Assembly: GCA_964016885.1 (NCBI GenBank)
Contig: OZ024743.1
Location: 200,012,001 to 200,076,000, forward strand
Direction: 5' to 3'
Length of the DNA: 64,000 nt
Source of the DNA: Eledone cirrhosa
Lineage: Eukaryota
The stretch's first letter is position 1, and every line of letters begins with the position of its first letter. Below are positions 1 through 16,307 of the stretch, piece after piece. The notes below the pieces were generated by a model. The model did not search any database. It worked only from the letters and a program-made list of their open reading frames with translations, and had not been told where the DNA came from. Made by a program: the position numbers and the translations under genes.

Positions 1-135
1 CTGCGATAGCTGGCACCTTCAAAATTTGCAAAACATTCTTGCGATTCAAGGGATGACAATTTCTTTTCTTTTACAATCTTGCCACCAGGAAGGTGGCCGG
101 TCAAAAAGATATACTCCAAATTAAGAGAAAGAGAT

Positions 136-225
<90 letters not shown>

Positions 226-226
<1 letters not shown>

Positions 227-412
227 CAAAGAGGGTGTTAAGTTAGCAGGTGGACTATAACGCACCAGAGTACTCGATACTTGGGGTAGTAGAACGGGTA
301 ATATGAATAGATTCAGGACCCCGACGGCTGAGCTCCTGCCGTTTCGACTGCTAAATCCTTTCGGATCTAGCTGTCGAAACTGCCGGAGCTCAGCCGTCAG
401 GGTCCTGAATCT

Positions 413-417
<5 letters not shown>
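226..417. repeat. Fold-back repeat family A (3' half of a hammerhead plus tail); other copies at 4381-4500, 4694-4898, 4973-5093, 5110-5164, 7934-8073, 14144-14272, 14917-15105, 31460-31566, 54244-54385
   Basis: Recurrent gtc GAA ACGGC..GCCGT C ggggtc followed by ctctactaccctaagtat..ggtgcgttatggtccac. Often a palindrome, nearly always bounded by (TA)n. Confidence 0.85.
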
Positions 418-487
<70 letters not shown>

Positions 488-747
488 TTTGTGCGTGGGT
501 GTATGTATATATGTATATATAAACATATACATACATAAATTCATTAACATCGAGACACTTACATACAAATAGTGATACATACATACATGCAAATATACAT
601 ACTTACATACATATGTACACATACATACACTAACTCTGTCACAGCATTGTCATAAACTCATAACTATTCAGCAACACAGATATTCACACGGTCACAAAAC
701 AACTAGTCAAAACCTGTGTTCCTTTAACCAACACATATACAATAGTC

Positions 748-943
748 CATCTTAAAGTCATTGAAAGTCTGAGACAAAAGGTTTCAAGTTTAAATCGACG
801 TCAATAGTTTCCGGTCCGCACAATGCCATGTGTTCTGATGAGACCCTAGTGGCGTCACCTTCATCACGACCACTTTCTATTTGGGGGTCGGAAGTATTCC
901 GCGATGACTGCTCCTTTAATTCGTTCCGCTTCGTAGCCGTCAT
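748..943 (+). mobile_element. Penelope-like 3' relic: GIY-YIG C-terminus plus hammerhead-like motif
   Basis: 748-807 translates [19 protein letters not shown], resembling the L..E.L.I....P.LN end of PLE endonucleases. It is followed by CTGATGA gaccc..ggggtc GGAA (835-893), then (TA)n. Confidence 0.5.
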
Positions 944-944
944 T

Positions 945-1064
<120 letters not shown>

Positions 1065-1331
1065 TATATAAATATATATTACTATATTACTATATTTCTC
1101 ATTTTTTGTTGTTGCTGCTGTTTTCTTCTAGCCACATGTACGTACATACGCACACATACACATACAGACATTTACATACACAGACAAATACATTCACGCA
1201 TTTACATACACACACTGATAATCAAACTCATAATTACACACAGATTCACAATCACTGATAATTTACGTATAAATACATACGCATAAGTAATGTATACATG
1301 ACTGGATATGTGTACGTGTTATGTATATACA

Positions 1332-4266
<2,935 letters not shown>

Positions 4267-4285
4267 ATATATATATATGTACGTG

Positions 4286-4323
<38 letters not shown>

Positions 4324-4331
4324 TGTGTACA

Positions 4332-4380
<49 letters not shown>

Positions 4381-4616
4381 GAAAAGAGTCAGGACCCCGA
4401 CGGTTGAGCTCCGGCCGTTTCGACAGTTAGATCTGAACCGGTTCGGATCTAGCCGTGGAAACGGCTGGAGCTCAGCCGTTGGGGTTCTGACTCTTGTCCT
4501 ATATATATATGTGTGTGTGTGTTAATGTTATGCGGTGTATTTTGTTAAATCCGTGTTTTAAGTTCTATTGTCTTTTTCTGTATGCATGTGTGTATTTATG
4601 TGTGTGTGTGTATATA

Positions 4617-4695
<79 letters not shown>

Positions 4696-5197
4696 CGAAG
4701 GAAGTGTGGTAAGGAACCAGGTGGACCATAATGCACCAGAGTACTCAATACTTAGGGTAGTAGAGTGGGTAATAGGAAAATTTTCAAAATCTCGACGGCA
4801 GAGATCAAGCCGTTTCGACGGCTATTTCTCGGAAATTTCTCAGAATAGCAGTCGAAACGGCTTGAGCTCTACCGTCGTGGGTCTTGAACATTTTCCCATA
4901 TATATATATATATAAAACACAGATTTAACAAAATACACAGCATAACATTAACACACACACACATATATATATAGGACAAGAGTCAGAACCCCAACGGCTG
5001 AGCTCCAGCCGTTTCCACGGCTAGATCCGAACCAGTTCAGATCTAACTGTCGAAACGGCCGGAGCTCAACCGTCGGGGTCCTGACTCTTTTCATTTATAT
5101 ATAATTATATAGAATTAGCCGTCGAAACGGCTTGAGCTCAGCTGTCGGGGTCTTACTGGTTCCTATATATATATATATATATATGTTTGTGTGTGTA

Positions 5198-5234
<37 letters not shown>

Positions 5235-5509
5235 ATGTGTGTGTGTGTGTGCTATTTTGCAATTTATATATAAATATATATGCCATACATATATATATAT
5301 ATATATACGGAGGACGAAATCCACCCACGACGTCCCAACAATCACACAGTCTCACTCACATTAACACTCCCTATATGTAAACACATTCACTTTGCTGCTT
5401 TCTCCTCATTGCCCTTGTCGTTTCCACACACACATCGTCACACCGCACCTTGTAGTACGTATGTGTCAATGTGACCATGTACGTGTGAATACATCTATTT
5501 TGTGTCAAT

Positions 5510-6050
<541 letters not shown>

Positions 6051-6460
6051 CGTAAAATAAGAAAATATCCAAAAAAAAAAAAAAATTTTTTTTTAAATTT
6101 TTCACTTACTTAAATTTTCACTCCAACTAATTAGTTTCTGCAGTGGGATAAAGACAGTTACGTAATCCAACTGTCGAGAATTCATTGCGTCATCAGGGAG
6201 TCTATTCTCAGTTAAGTCTCCAGGCAATGCGCGGACACTGGCGGCTCATATAAAAATAATAATAATTCGGTAGATCGAACAGCTTGCGAGGACTGGATTC
6301 TATGTACCGAAATTCTCACTGCTTCCAGTCAAATGGCCGATTCTAAAGAATCAATCACGTGACACAGAGGCTAGTTAGAAGGAATGGGATGGTAAGATAT
6401 ATATATATATATATATATATATAGTGGTAGAGCACTCAGTCCTAGGGACGAGTTAGGTAG

Positions 6461-6710
<250 letters not shown>

Positions 6711-6760
6711 CTTACCACTTTCCTGTAAACATGTGCTATTATGTCTCATATCATGTTACT

Positions 6761-6830
6761 TTATTTTATCTGATGAGAACACAATTTGTGTCCGAAGATG
6801 ATTTTGTATTCGAAATGCGCATAAAAAAAT
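6761..6830 (+). ncRNA. Type I hammerhead ribozyme (PLE pLTR relic)
   Basis: ttattttat CTGATGA gaacacaa..ttgtattc GAA ATGCGCAT A aaaaaat. Complete core, palindromic stem III, AT-rich stem I. Confidence 0.75.
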
Positions 6831-7828
6831 ATATGGAACTCTTTTAACCATCTTTTAATTTCTTCCTTATGCCCTTAAAGCGATGAAATGCCTGGGACGG
6901 TTGGAGGGTCACTGATGAAGGACTCACTTTTTCATATGCACCACCATTTGCAACGGGCAGCCATCATTATTATCATATATATATATATATATATATGCTT
7001 ATGTGTGTGTGTGTTTCTGTATTTGTGTGTGTGTTTGAGTATTAATGTGTGCGACTATGAATAATGTTTTTCTTTATTTTCTTCTTTACTGCTTTTGTGT
7101 ATGTTTGTGTATATACGTGTATATGAGTGAGAAAGCGTGTAGCTTGCAGTAGAGGTTGTTTGGTTTATAAATCGTAAGGTAAGGTGTTGAGTCCAGGTGG
7201 TGTATAGTGTCTTTGAATTAGAAACTTTATTTCATGCCGTTCCACTTTACTCAGGTGGAAAAAAAATGAGTTGTATCATTTCACACACTGTAATAGGCTG
7301 AATCATCCTGAGAACTGTCTGAAAGGTACACGTGTCTGTGAAATGCCGACTGTGCTGTTGTTTAAGCAACTGGAACACTCGTTGTCGTAGCCGGCTGGTA
7401 CCCAAATCTTTCTCTCTCTCTATCTCTCTCTCTCTTTCTCTCTCGCACATACATAAACACACACACACACGCGCGCAAACTCTCATGAGCGTGAATGTGT
7501 GTGTGTACGCCCGCACACGCGAAAAGTCGCGGTTTATTTGGGCCATTTGGACCTGTGATTTTCCACCGCCCCCTCTACCAGCTCGCCAATGGACTCTGTC
7601 AATGGTGACGATGGGTGTGATATCTAGCTGTTATTAAACCAGACACAGGATGTAGACAAGAACATATAGCTGGACATGGTGTCTGCACAGATACATAATA
7701 TATCATACACACACCATCTATGCACACACACTCACATATACATACATTTTTACACGCATATATACACACAGATTTTGAAATTGAAACTTAATATATGTAT
7801 GTATATATGCACATACATTCATATATAT

Positions 7829-7891
<63 letters not shown>

Positions 7892-8071
7892 TGTGAGTGT
7901 GTGAGTGTTGCATATATATATATATATATATATAACGAAGGAAATGTGGTAAGGAACCATATGGACCATAACGCACCAAAGTACTCAATACTTAGGATAG
8001 TAGAGAGGGTACTTTGAGTCCAGAATTAGCCGTCGAAACGGCGTGGCTCAGCCGTCGGGGTCCTGCTTGTT

Positions 8072-8138
<67 letters not shown>

Positions 8139-8156
8139 GTGTGTCTGTGTGAGTGT

Positions 8157-8231
<75 letters not shown>

Positions 8232-9329
8232 ACATATATATATATAAGGGTTAATATTTTTATGAAAACTTTAAACTTAAATAGTACATTTAAGCTAAAT
8301 AAGATTGAAAAAATGTAACGGTGCCGTCGGCGGGAATTGAGCCAGAGCCTAATGTGTACCGAACTATCGCAGAGAATCACTATGCTAAGACGGCCCAACA
8401 TGCTTTAATATAAACGTATGACTGTACTAATCTGCGTTATTGATGTTATAAGGTACCGAATGCTTTGCGGTATCTGTTTCGGATCTCTGTTCTCTGAGTT
8501 CAAATCCCGCCGATGTCCGCTTTGTCATTTATTCTTTCGAGGTCGATAAAAAAAGTTCCAGTCTCGTACTGGCTTTAATTCTTTCTCTGTATATCTTCCT
8601 CCTTTCCTCTCTCTCTCTCTCTCTTTCTCTGTCTCACTCTCTCCCTATCTAGCCCTCTCTGGAAGAAATCTGCTGTATTCAGACCTGGAGAGGGATGGGC
8701 TCTGCCAGGGTTTAAAAAATGGTTTAGAAACGTCATATGTCAATATGGCGCCCATAAGACTCCATCGGGAGTTACGGGACCATATATGCATTGATCTCAT
8801 TGCCATATCACATCACGACTGACAGAACGCGAGCTATCACTTAACTACAAACCGATGACTGTTCCCAATGCTAACAACACAGAAGAGTCTCTCACTTTGA
8901 ATTTCCATCTCGAATTAAATGTAAAATAATATAACGATTAAGATTGTTTATGATTACCTATATAACGCCTCTTTTTTTCCAAATGGCAATGAAAGGATTA
9001 ATAATGGTTTCTGCTTTAGGCACAAGGCTAACAATTCTGTGCGTTATTGGTACTTTAATTTATTGACATTGTAAGGATGAAAGGCAATGCTAACCTCAAT
9101 TAAATTTGAACTCTGAATGTAAAGGGCCGTAACTATATGCTGCAAAGCATGTTGTAGGCGCTTTACTGAATAATAATAATAATAATAATGTTTTCTGATT
9201 TGAGCACAAAGCCAACCATTTTGTGGGAAGGGAAAGTCGATTAAATCGAACATTCCACAAACACTTGAATCTTTTACACACTTCTGAGAGAGTTGCAGAG
9301 TAAAACTATATCTGACAAGGGTGAGCCTT

Positions 9330-9500
9330 TGGATTACAGGCGCATTTATCCGACGGGCTTCCACACAGTTTCTGTCTACCAAATTTCACTCACTCGGGAT
9401 GGGTTGATCCAAGGCTATGGTAAATTACACTTGACAAAGATACCACCCAATAGGATCGAACCCACGTCCTTAATGATTGCGAAGCGAACTTTTTTAACTA
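9330..9500 (-). mobile_element. Diverged tRNA-derived SINE, third family
   Basis: Minus-strand B box gggttcgatcc, followed by ttggtagacagaaactgtgtggaagcccgtc. Diverged. Confidence 0.55.
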
Positions 9501-9903
9501 TGCTATTTCCACTATACTATATTACACCATCTGACTATACTCCAAAAGTCACCATGCCATACTACTGCAGATCACTCTACGCCACTTTCATGCAACACTT
9601 CCTGAAATAAATCGAGAACAATTTATCTCTGCTATCACAGTTATAAATCTCCAAACTAACAAATCTGTCTTCCAAGCCATGTCAACTTAACCTGCACAAC
9701 CCACCCTCCCTACTTTTTATATTCAACTACTGACTGTCTCCTCTCTTAATTAATCACTGACGTTTATTTTTAATCCCGGGACAACCATTCATTTTATGAA
9801 ACTGACAGATACTTATAATTGTGAGACATATGCAAACACAAATACACATATAATCACACGCATACAACACACACACACACACACATACATATACATGCAT
9901 ACA

Positions 9904-9940
<37 letters not shown>

Positions 9941-11449
9941 GTATATGTATGTATGTATATATATATATATGTGTGTGTGTGTATGTGTGAGTGTGTGAGT
10001 GTGTGTGTATTTCTGTGTGCCTGTATGTGTTTATTGTATATATAAGTATAGTATATATTTATATATGTGTTCACATAAACGCTTGTTACTCTTAAACGCT
10101 GTCTTTGTGCTGCTGCCAATTAATTATAAACAGACAAGTTCACACTATATGCAAAAAAGGCATTTCCAGCCGATGTTTTCTATATCCCATATGCAAATGA
10201 ACATCCCCAGCATATCTTCATCACACAAAATGCTATATAGCTCTTTCAACCGTACTGGCAACTCTGATATATACACGTAGGAAAACAGAAATGTTTTATA
10301 TATATAAACGCAACTAGATATTGAGTTCAACTGTGGTCTGATGGCGTTTGTCCTCATAGTACCAGTATAGTGAGAGGGTATTAATTTTATCTTAATTTAA
10401 TTCGGCATTTGAATTTTGTGTGGTGTGTTTCTGACAAGTTTAGGTTTGCTATCTTTTTTTGTTGGTTAGGTTTGTGTAATGAAAAATTATATATATTTCA
10501 TTCAAACTGGAGAGGTTTTGCTAAGTAAGAACAAAATCAACATCACTAACTAAGATTTTTAATAGTTAGAATTGGGGGTGAACATCGTCGTACTTTTAAT
10601 TTTAATTCAAAATATGGCTTTTCCTCTTATTAATATCTTAAATAATATAGTATTTTTGGTATCATTCACATCTCATATTATTTTGCAAAATAATTGTTTC
10701 TACTTTTGGCACAAGGCCAGCAATTACCCAGTACATTACTGGTACTTTATTTTATCGACCCTGTAAGGATGAAAGGCAAAGTTAATCCCGCCGAGGTTAA
10801 CTTTGCCTTTCATCCTTACAGGGTCGATAAAATAAAGTACCAGTAATGTACTGGGTAATTACTTGCCTTGTGCCAAAAGTAGAAACAATTATTTTGATTC
10901 TCCTTCTAAGAGTGGTGGTTAGAAGTTTATTCTTCAATGTAGTTGTTAGGAAAGGGATTTTTCTCATGTCAATACAAATAGAGCGAAGATTGAAATTATA
11001 TTAAGTATTATACATATTTTTTCTTTTACTTTTCTTCTTCTCATCATCAGAGGCAAGTTTCGATATCTCTGAGAATAATATTTATATTATTAGTGAATGA
11101 AAGCTGAAGTCATTCAAAGTTATATATAAACTGTAGATATGTCGGGAAAAGTTAATAAAATAAATGAGCGAAGAGTGATATTTTGGTTCAATAAACTGGA
11201 AACGTTTATTGGAGTAAATTGTCTATTGGAAATATCGGTCGGATATGTTACTTGGCTACACTCTAAACTATTACTGCTTCAAAACAGATGGCTTTTCCGT
11301 CTTTGTCAAGCTGATTGAATGGACGATAATATAATACAATATACAATAACAGCGTCATAGCTCTTGGATTATTGTTGTTGTTTAGCCCTACGTGAGGTAA
11401 AAGATGTTCTAATACTAAGTATCACACCATTTGGGGGTATCTAGGACTT

Positions 11450-12290
11450 CTCTTCGTCTTCTATACATCCATTACCGGTGCCATGACGAGGTTCTTCCTC
11501 CAGCTCACTGTGCCTAGCGATGCCGTCTGAATTTCACCTGCTTTCAACCTGGTGTCATCTTCAAGAACATCCGTCAGCGTGGCGGCTGGACACCCCACTC
11601 GTCTGCACACATAAGGTTTCCAGAAAAGAACTCTGCCAGCAGGTTTATTGTGACATTTTCTGAATCTTTCACAGCATTCATGTGAATGTGCTATTGATCC
11701 TGTTTGTGAATGTTTTTCTTAGTATCCATGACTCACATCCGTAGAGGAGAATGGACTCGACCGTTGCTTTGAACAGCCACATCTCCGTAGTTTTCTTGAT
11801 CGGAGACATCAACATGTTTGATTGCAAGTTAGGAGCCCTCCATGATTTGCCTCTCCTCATGTCCACATCGTGCTCTGTATTCATAAAACTGCCAAGCCAG
11901 AAGAAGTCGTCCACTTCCTCAATCTCCAAACGGTCCTGCGTATGCATTTGTTTATTTAACGCTACATTAAGCTGCAAGAATTTTGTTTTGTCAGCATTCA
12001 AGAAGAGTCCAATGGATTACGCTGCAGCCTCCACACTATTTATCACGTCCTCATCTGCTTTGAAAGTGTTTTTCAGGAGAGCTATGTCACCAGCGTAAGC
12101 CATTTCAGATAGAACCTCTCACGGATGTCGGGTACTCTGTCAATTTTTCAGCATTATTCCGTCTGATTGTGCAATGGCATTACAAAGTGCATAATTAAGG
12201 CATATTACAACAGGGAGAAAGGCCAGAGAATCTCCCTGGAGGATTCCGGCATCAATGAAGATTAGGTCTTAGTTTCCCTCGGGTGTCATC
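11450..12290 (-). mobile_element. Degenerate RTE-clade LINE fragment (RT to C-terminus), older subfamily
   Basis: Minus-strand AGILQGDSLA near 12220-12250. ORF 11678-12001 has LNADKTK, VDDFFWLGS and LFKATVESILLYGCESW. Several frame breaks; ends approximate. Confidence 0.85.
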
Positions 12291-12891
12291 TACGACTACT
12301 TTCTCCAATTTTTAAAGTTATGCGGTGTGAATGGAGAAAGATTTCGCTGCCATTTCCAGACGTTCACGACCGGAAAACTTTTGATCTACTCTCTCTCGCA
12401 CAAACAAGCACACGCATATGTCTATGTATGCATACACCTCTCTCTCCCTCTCTCTTTCTCTCTCTTTCTCTCGCTTTCTCTCTCTCCCTCTCTCTTTCTC
12501 TCTCTCTCCCTATATATATATATGAATACACATATGTATATACAACAACTACAAAAACAGAGCAGCAATAATAACGACAGTATTTTTGCAGACGACGTTC
12601 CCTCGAGATTTGGTAACGACCTGTTCAATAAAATAGTAAATGAGGAAACTTAAGGAGATTTGAACTCTTAACTTATCAGTAGACAATTTATGAACTAATG
12701 AACTAACGTAAAAATATCAGCGACAGTAATAGTTAATATATATTTAGATTTATTTTCAGATTTATAATAAAACTATGTCTCATTTATCGAAAACGCTATT
12801 ACAATCTGATATGTATATATATATATATGTGTGTGTGTGTGTACGTGAGTGCACGTACGTGCGTGTGTGTATATGTATATATATATGAATT

Positions 12892-13043
<152 letters not shown>

Positions 13044-13044
13044 T

Positions 13045-13091
<47 letters not shown>

Positions 13092-14277
13092 TATATATAT
13101 ATATACATATAGGGGGAGCGCGCGTGTGTTTGCATATGTATGTGTTTATGTGTGCCTGTAAACATTTTCAACGTACACACAAGCAGCAAGCAGCTACATA
13201 CACATACGCACATACAGATATACACACAATCACAGCTATTTAAATAATGGGCATACTCACACAGACACACAGCCATACATACACACATAAGTAATATATT
13301 CTATAATACACAACTATACACTTCCACTCCGTCAAAGTAGAGTACAGAGCTATATGTAGCAATGTCTCACTTACATCAATTTGGTATTTGATATGAGGGA
13401 AATAAGTGCAATATTCGCCCACAAGTAATTTCAACGATAGTCTAGTTTGTGGGGTTCATATATTTTTTTTCTCCAACTCCTTACTTTCTTCTATTCTGGG
13501 AGCGTTTTGATAAGTTTGGTCCCTTCCATTTCATGCGCTAATAGGCGGCCCTAAACTTAATGCTTTTCAGTGAACGCCACATTTCCTGCCCTTTCTCCTA
13601 TGATCCAAAGAAACAGCGATCATATTTTGCAAAATGTTTCAGGGGAGGTGAAGGTGTGGGATTATGCTCCATTTTGGGGGTGGTGGTAGGGGTGGGGGCT
13701 GGGGTATTCTAATGTTCTTTCTAATGGTTCCTTTCTTCGCTGTTCAAATCTTTCTGGGTGTATTTTGACTTTCAATCTACTCACAGGTCTATCGAAAAGG
13801 GACCTTTCAAGTTGTGATCGTTTTCATTGAATTTACGTCTCCCCGCATAAAAGCTATGTTGGGATTTGTGGGGTTTTTTTTGGTTTTTTTTTCTTGAAAT
13901 CATTATCACTATTACTATCGTATTAAGGCGAGGGTTTGGCAATATAAGTAGAGCGTCGGTCAAAATGCTTAGCGGCATATAGTTTTGGCTCCTTACCTTC
14001 TGAGTTCAAATCCCGCTGGGGATAGAATAAAGCATCAGTAATGTGCTGGGTCGATTTAATCGACATTCTCCTCCCCGCAAAATTGTTGGATTGGGCTTAA
14101 ATCAGAAACCATTATCACTGTTCGTATATATATATATATATATAGGACAAAGTTTAACCCCGACGGCAGAGCTCAAGCCGTTTCGACGGCTATTTCTGGA
14201 GTCTACTACCCTAAGTATTGAGTACGCTGGTGCGTTATGGTCTATCTGGTTCTTTACCACACTTCCTTCGTTATATA

Positions 14278-14355
<78 letters not shown>

Positions 14356-14446
14356 TAGAAGGGGTATTTAATTTGTTGGAAGTCCGACAAATATAAATGT
14401 TTATAACTAATTTAGAGCACTCAACAAGTTACTGGAATAAATATTC

Positions 14447-14867
14447 AATGATATTAAATAAATGGAAACTATATTTATAAAATCATATTTATTTTATTAT
14501 ATATATTTCAAGGGTACCAAGACACATTGGTACGCTTTTATCAGATAAAACACAAAGTTTGTTTTATAAATAATTGTTTCTACTATTGGCACAAGGCCAA
14601 CAATTACCCAGTACATTACTGGTACTTTATTTTATCGACCCCGTAAGGATGAAAGGCAAAGTGAACCTCAGCGGGATTTGAACTCAGACCTTAAAGGGAT
14701 GTAACTATGCTAGTGAATATCCAACCGATATGGTATGATTTTCATGGGTATGTCTCTATTTATAAAATAAACTTTGTATTTTATCCGATGAAAGCGTACC
14801 CTTGAAATATATATAATAAAATAAATATGATTTTATAAATATAGTTTCCATTTATTTAATATCATTG
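14447..14867. repeat. Inverted repeat (~115-bp arms) enclosing a SINE; same family as 30819-31141
   Basis: 14447-14572 is the reverse complement of 14756-14867, with a SINE at ~14570-14715 in the spacer. Confidence 0.85.
14777..14823 (+). ncRNA. Hammerhead ribozyme with one core substitution; mirror copy at 14490-14552 (-)
   Basis: tattttat CCGATGA aagcgtaccctt GAA ATATATAT A ataaaata, with an 8-bp stem I. The left arm has CTGATAA and a longer stem II. Confidence 0.7.
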
Positions 14868-14898
<31 letters not shown>

Positions 14899-15793
14899 GT
14901 GTGTGTATATATATATGAAGAAGTATGACCCCGACGGCAGAGCTCAAGCCGATTCGACGGGTATTTCTGAGTCCAGAAATAGCCGTCGAAACGGCTTGAG
15001 CTCTGCCGTCGGGGTCATACTTATTCCTATTCCCACTCTACTACCCTAAGTATTGAGTACTCTGGTGCGTTATGGTCCATCTGGTTCCTTACCACAATTC
15101 CTTTTTATATCTCTTCTCTTCCGACCATCTCTTCATGGAATACTCGTATGTGGAACTTGACCACCGTGGAATCTACTAACATCATAGGAGTTTACCAACA
15201 TTTCAACCACATCCTCTTACGGAATCACCTATATAACTCACCCACACACACCCAAACAAATTTTTTTCCACCACACGCCACCAACACCCACTACACGCTT
15301 AAACCCCACACACACGTGCTTTCCACCACATATTTACACCTTCAGCCTCCGGATTCCTCTCCCCTCACCCCTCTATCCACACACGCACACACACTCCGAC
15401 CTACACCCCACCCCACACACACCTCTTCCTGAACATGCAACCCCGTTCTTCCCCCAACCCTTGCTTTCACATACACACACACACATACACCTACACACAC
15501 ACACCACACCCAGCCCTCCCCGCTCGGACACCCCGTCTCCCTCTCCCCACTCCACCCGCCACCACCCATAAACACCCCACACCCTTCCACCACCTGTTTT
15601 ACCCCTTTTTAATTTCAGTTTATTTTGATCATGCTTTTATATTTATTTTCATTTCATTTCATTTTATTTTGATCATGCTTTATTTTTATTTTTATTTTTA
15701 ATTTCATTCGCACCGTTTCCTCCCACCACCTTTTCGCTATATGTCTCTCCACCACTCCCCTACACACCCTTTGAACTCTCTTCCCACACACTT

Positions 15794-15830
15794 CTCACCC
15801 GAGGAAGGGCTTATGCCCGAAACGTCGTTC
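15794..15830 (+). ncRNA. Minimal hammerhead motif of a PLE 3' relic (~15130-15917); related relic at ~47600-47828
   Basis: CCGAGGA a GGGC ttat GCCC GAA ACGT C. The downstream sequence (agcgtgaaa..taata..tgcctct) recurs after CTGATGCCCGAAACGTC near 47708. Confidence 0.6.
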
Positions 15831-15942
15831 CCCACCACCACCTCACTCTCCAGAGCGTGAAATTAATAAACATTCGTTGTACTGCCTCTCTGTTTTGTTC
15901 CTGTTCAAATTTTCCATTATATATATATATATATATATATAT

Positions 15943-16025
<83 letters not shown>

Positions 16026-16307
16026 CAGAGGGAGAGAGAGAGAGAGAGAGAGAGCGATAGATAGATATGTTTCTTTATTAGCCACAGGGGCACAAAAGAA
16101 GGGGACAAATACAAAGGGGGAAGTTTACATACAATAAAAAACGTGTAAAATGTTATCACAAATATAATTAAAAAAGTTAGTCAATTTTCCCCAATAGGGG
16201 TAGACAGTTTATATGGGTAAAACATACCCCCGAAAAAATGTGCAACCCTCGTCTCCAGGAGTACGAAGAGTTTGTACTCCTTTCCTCTCCTCCTCCTTTT
16301 CCTCAAC

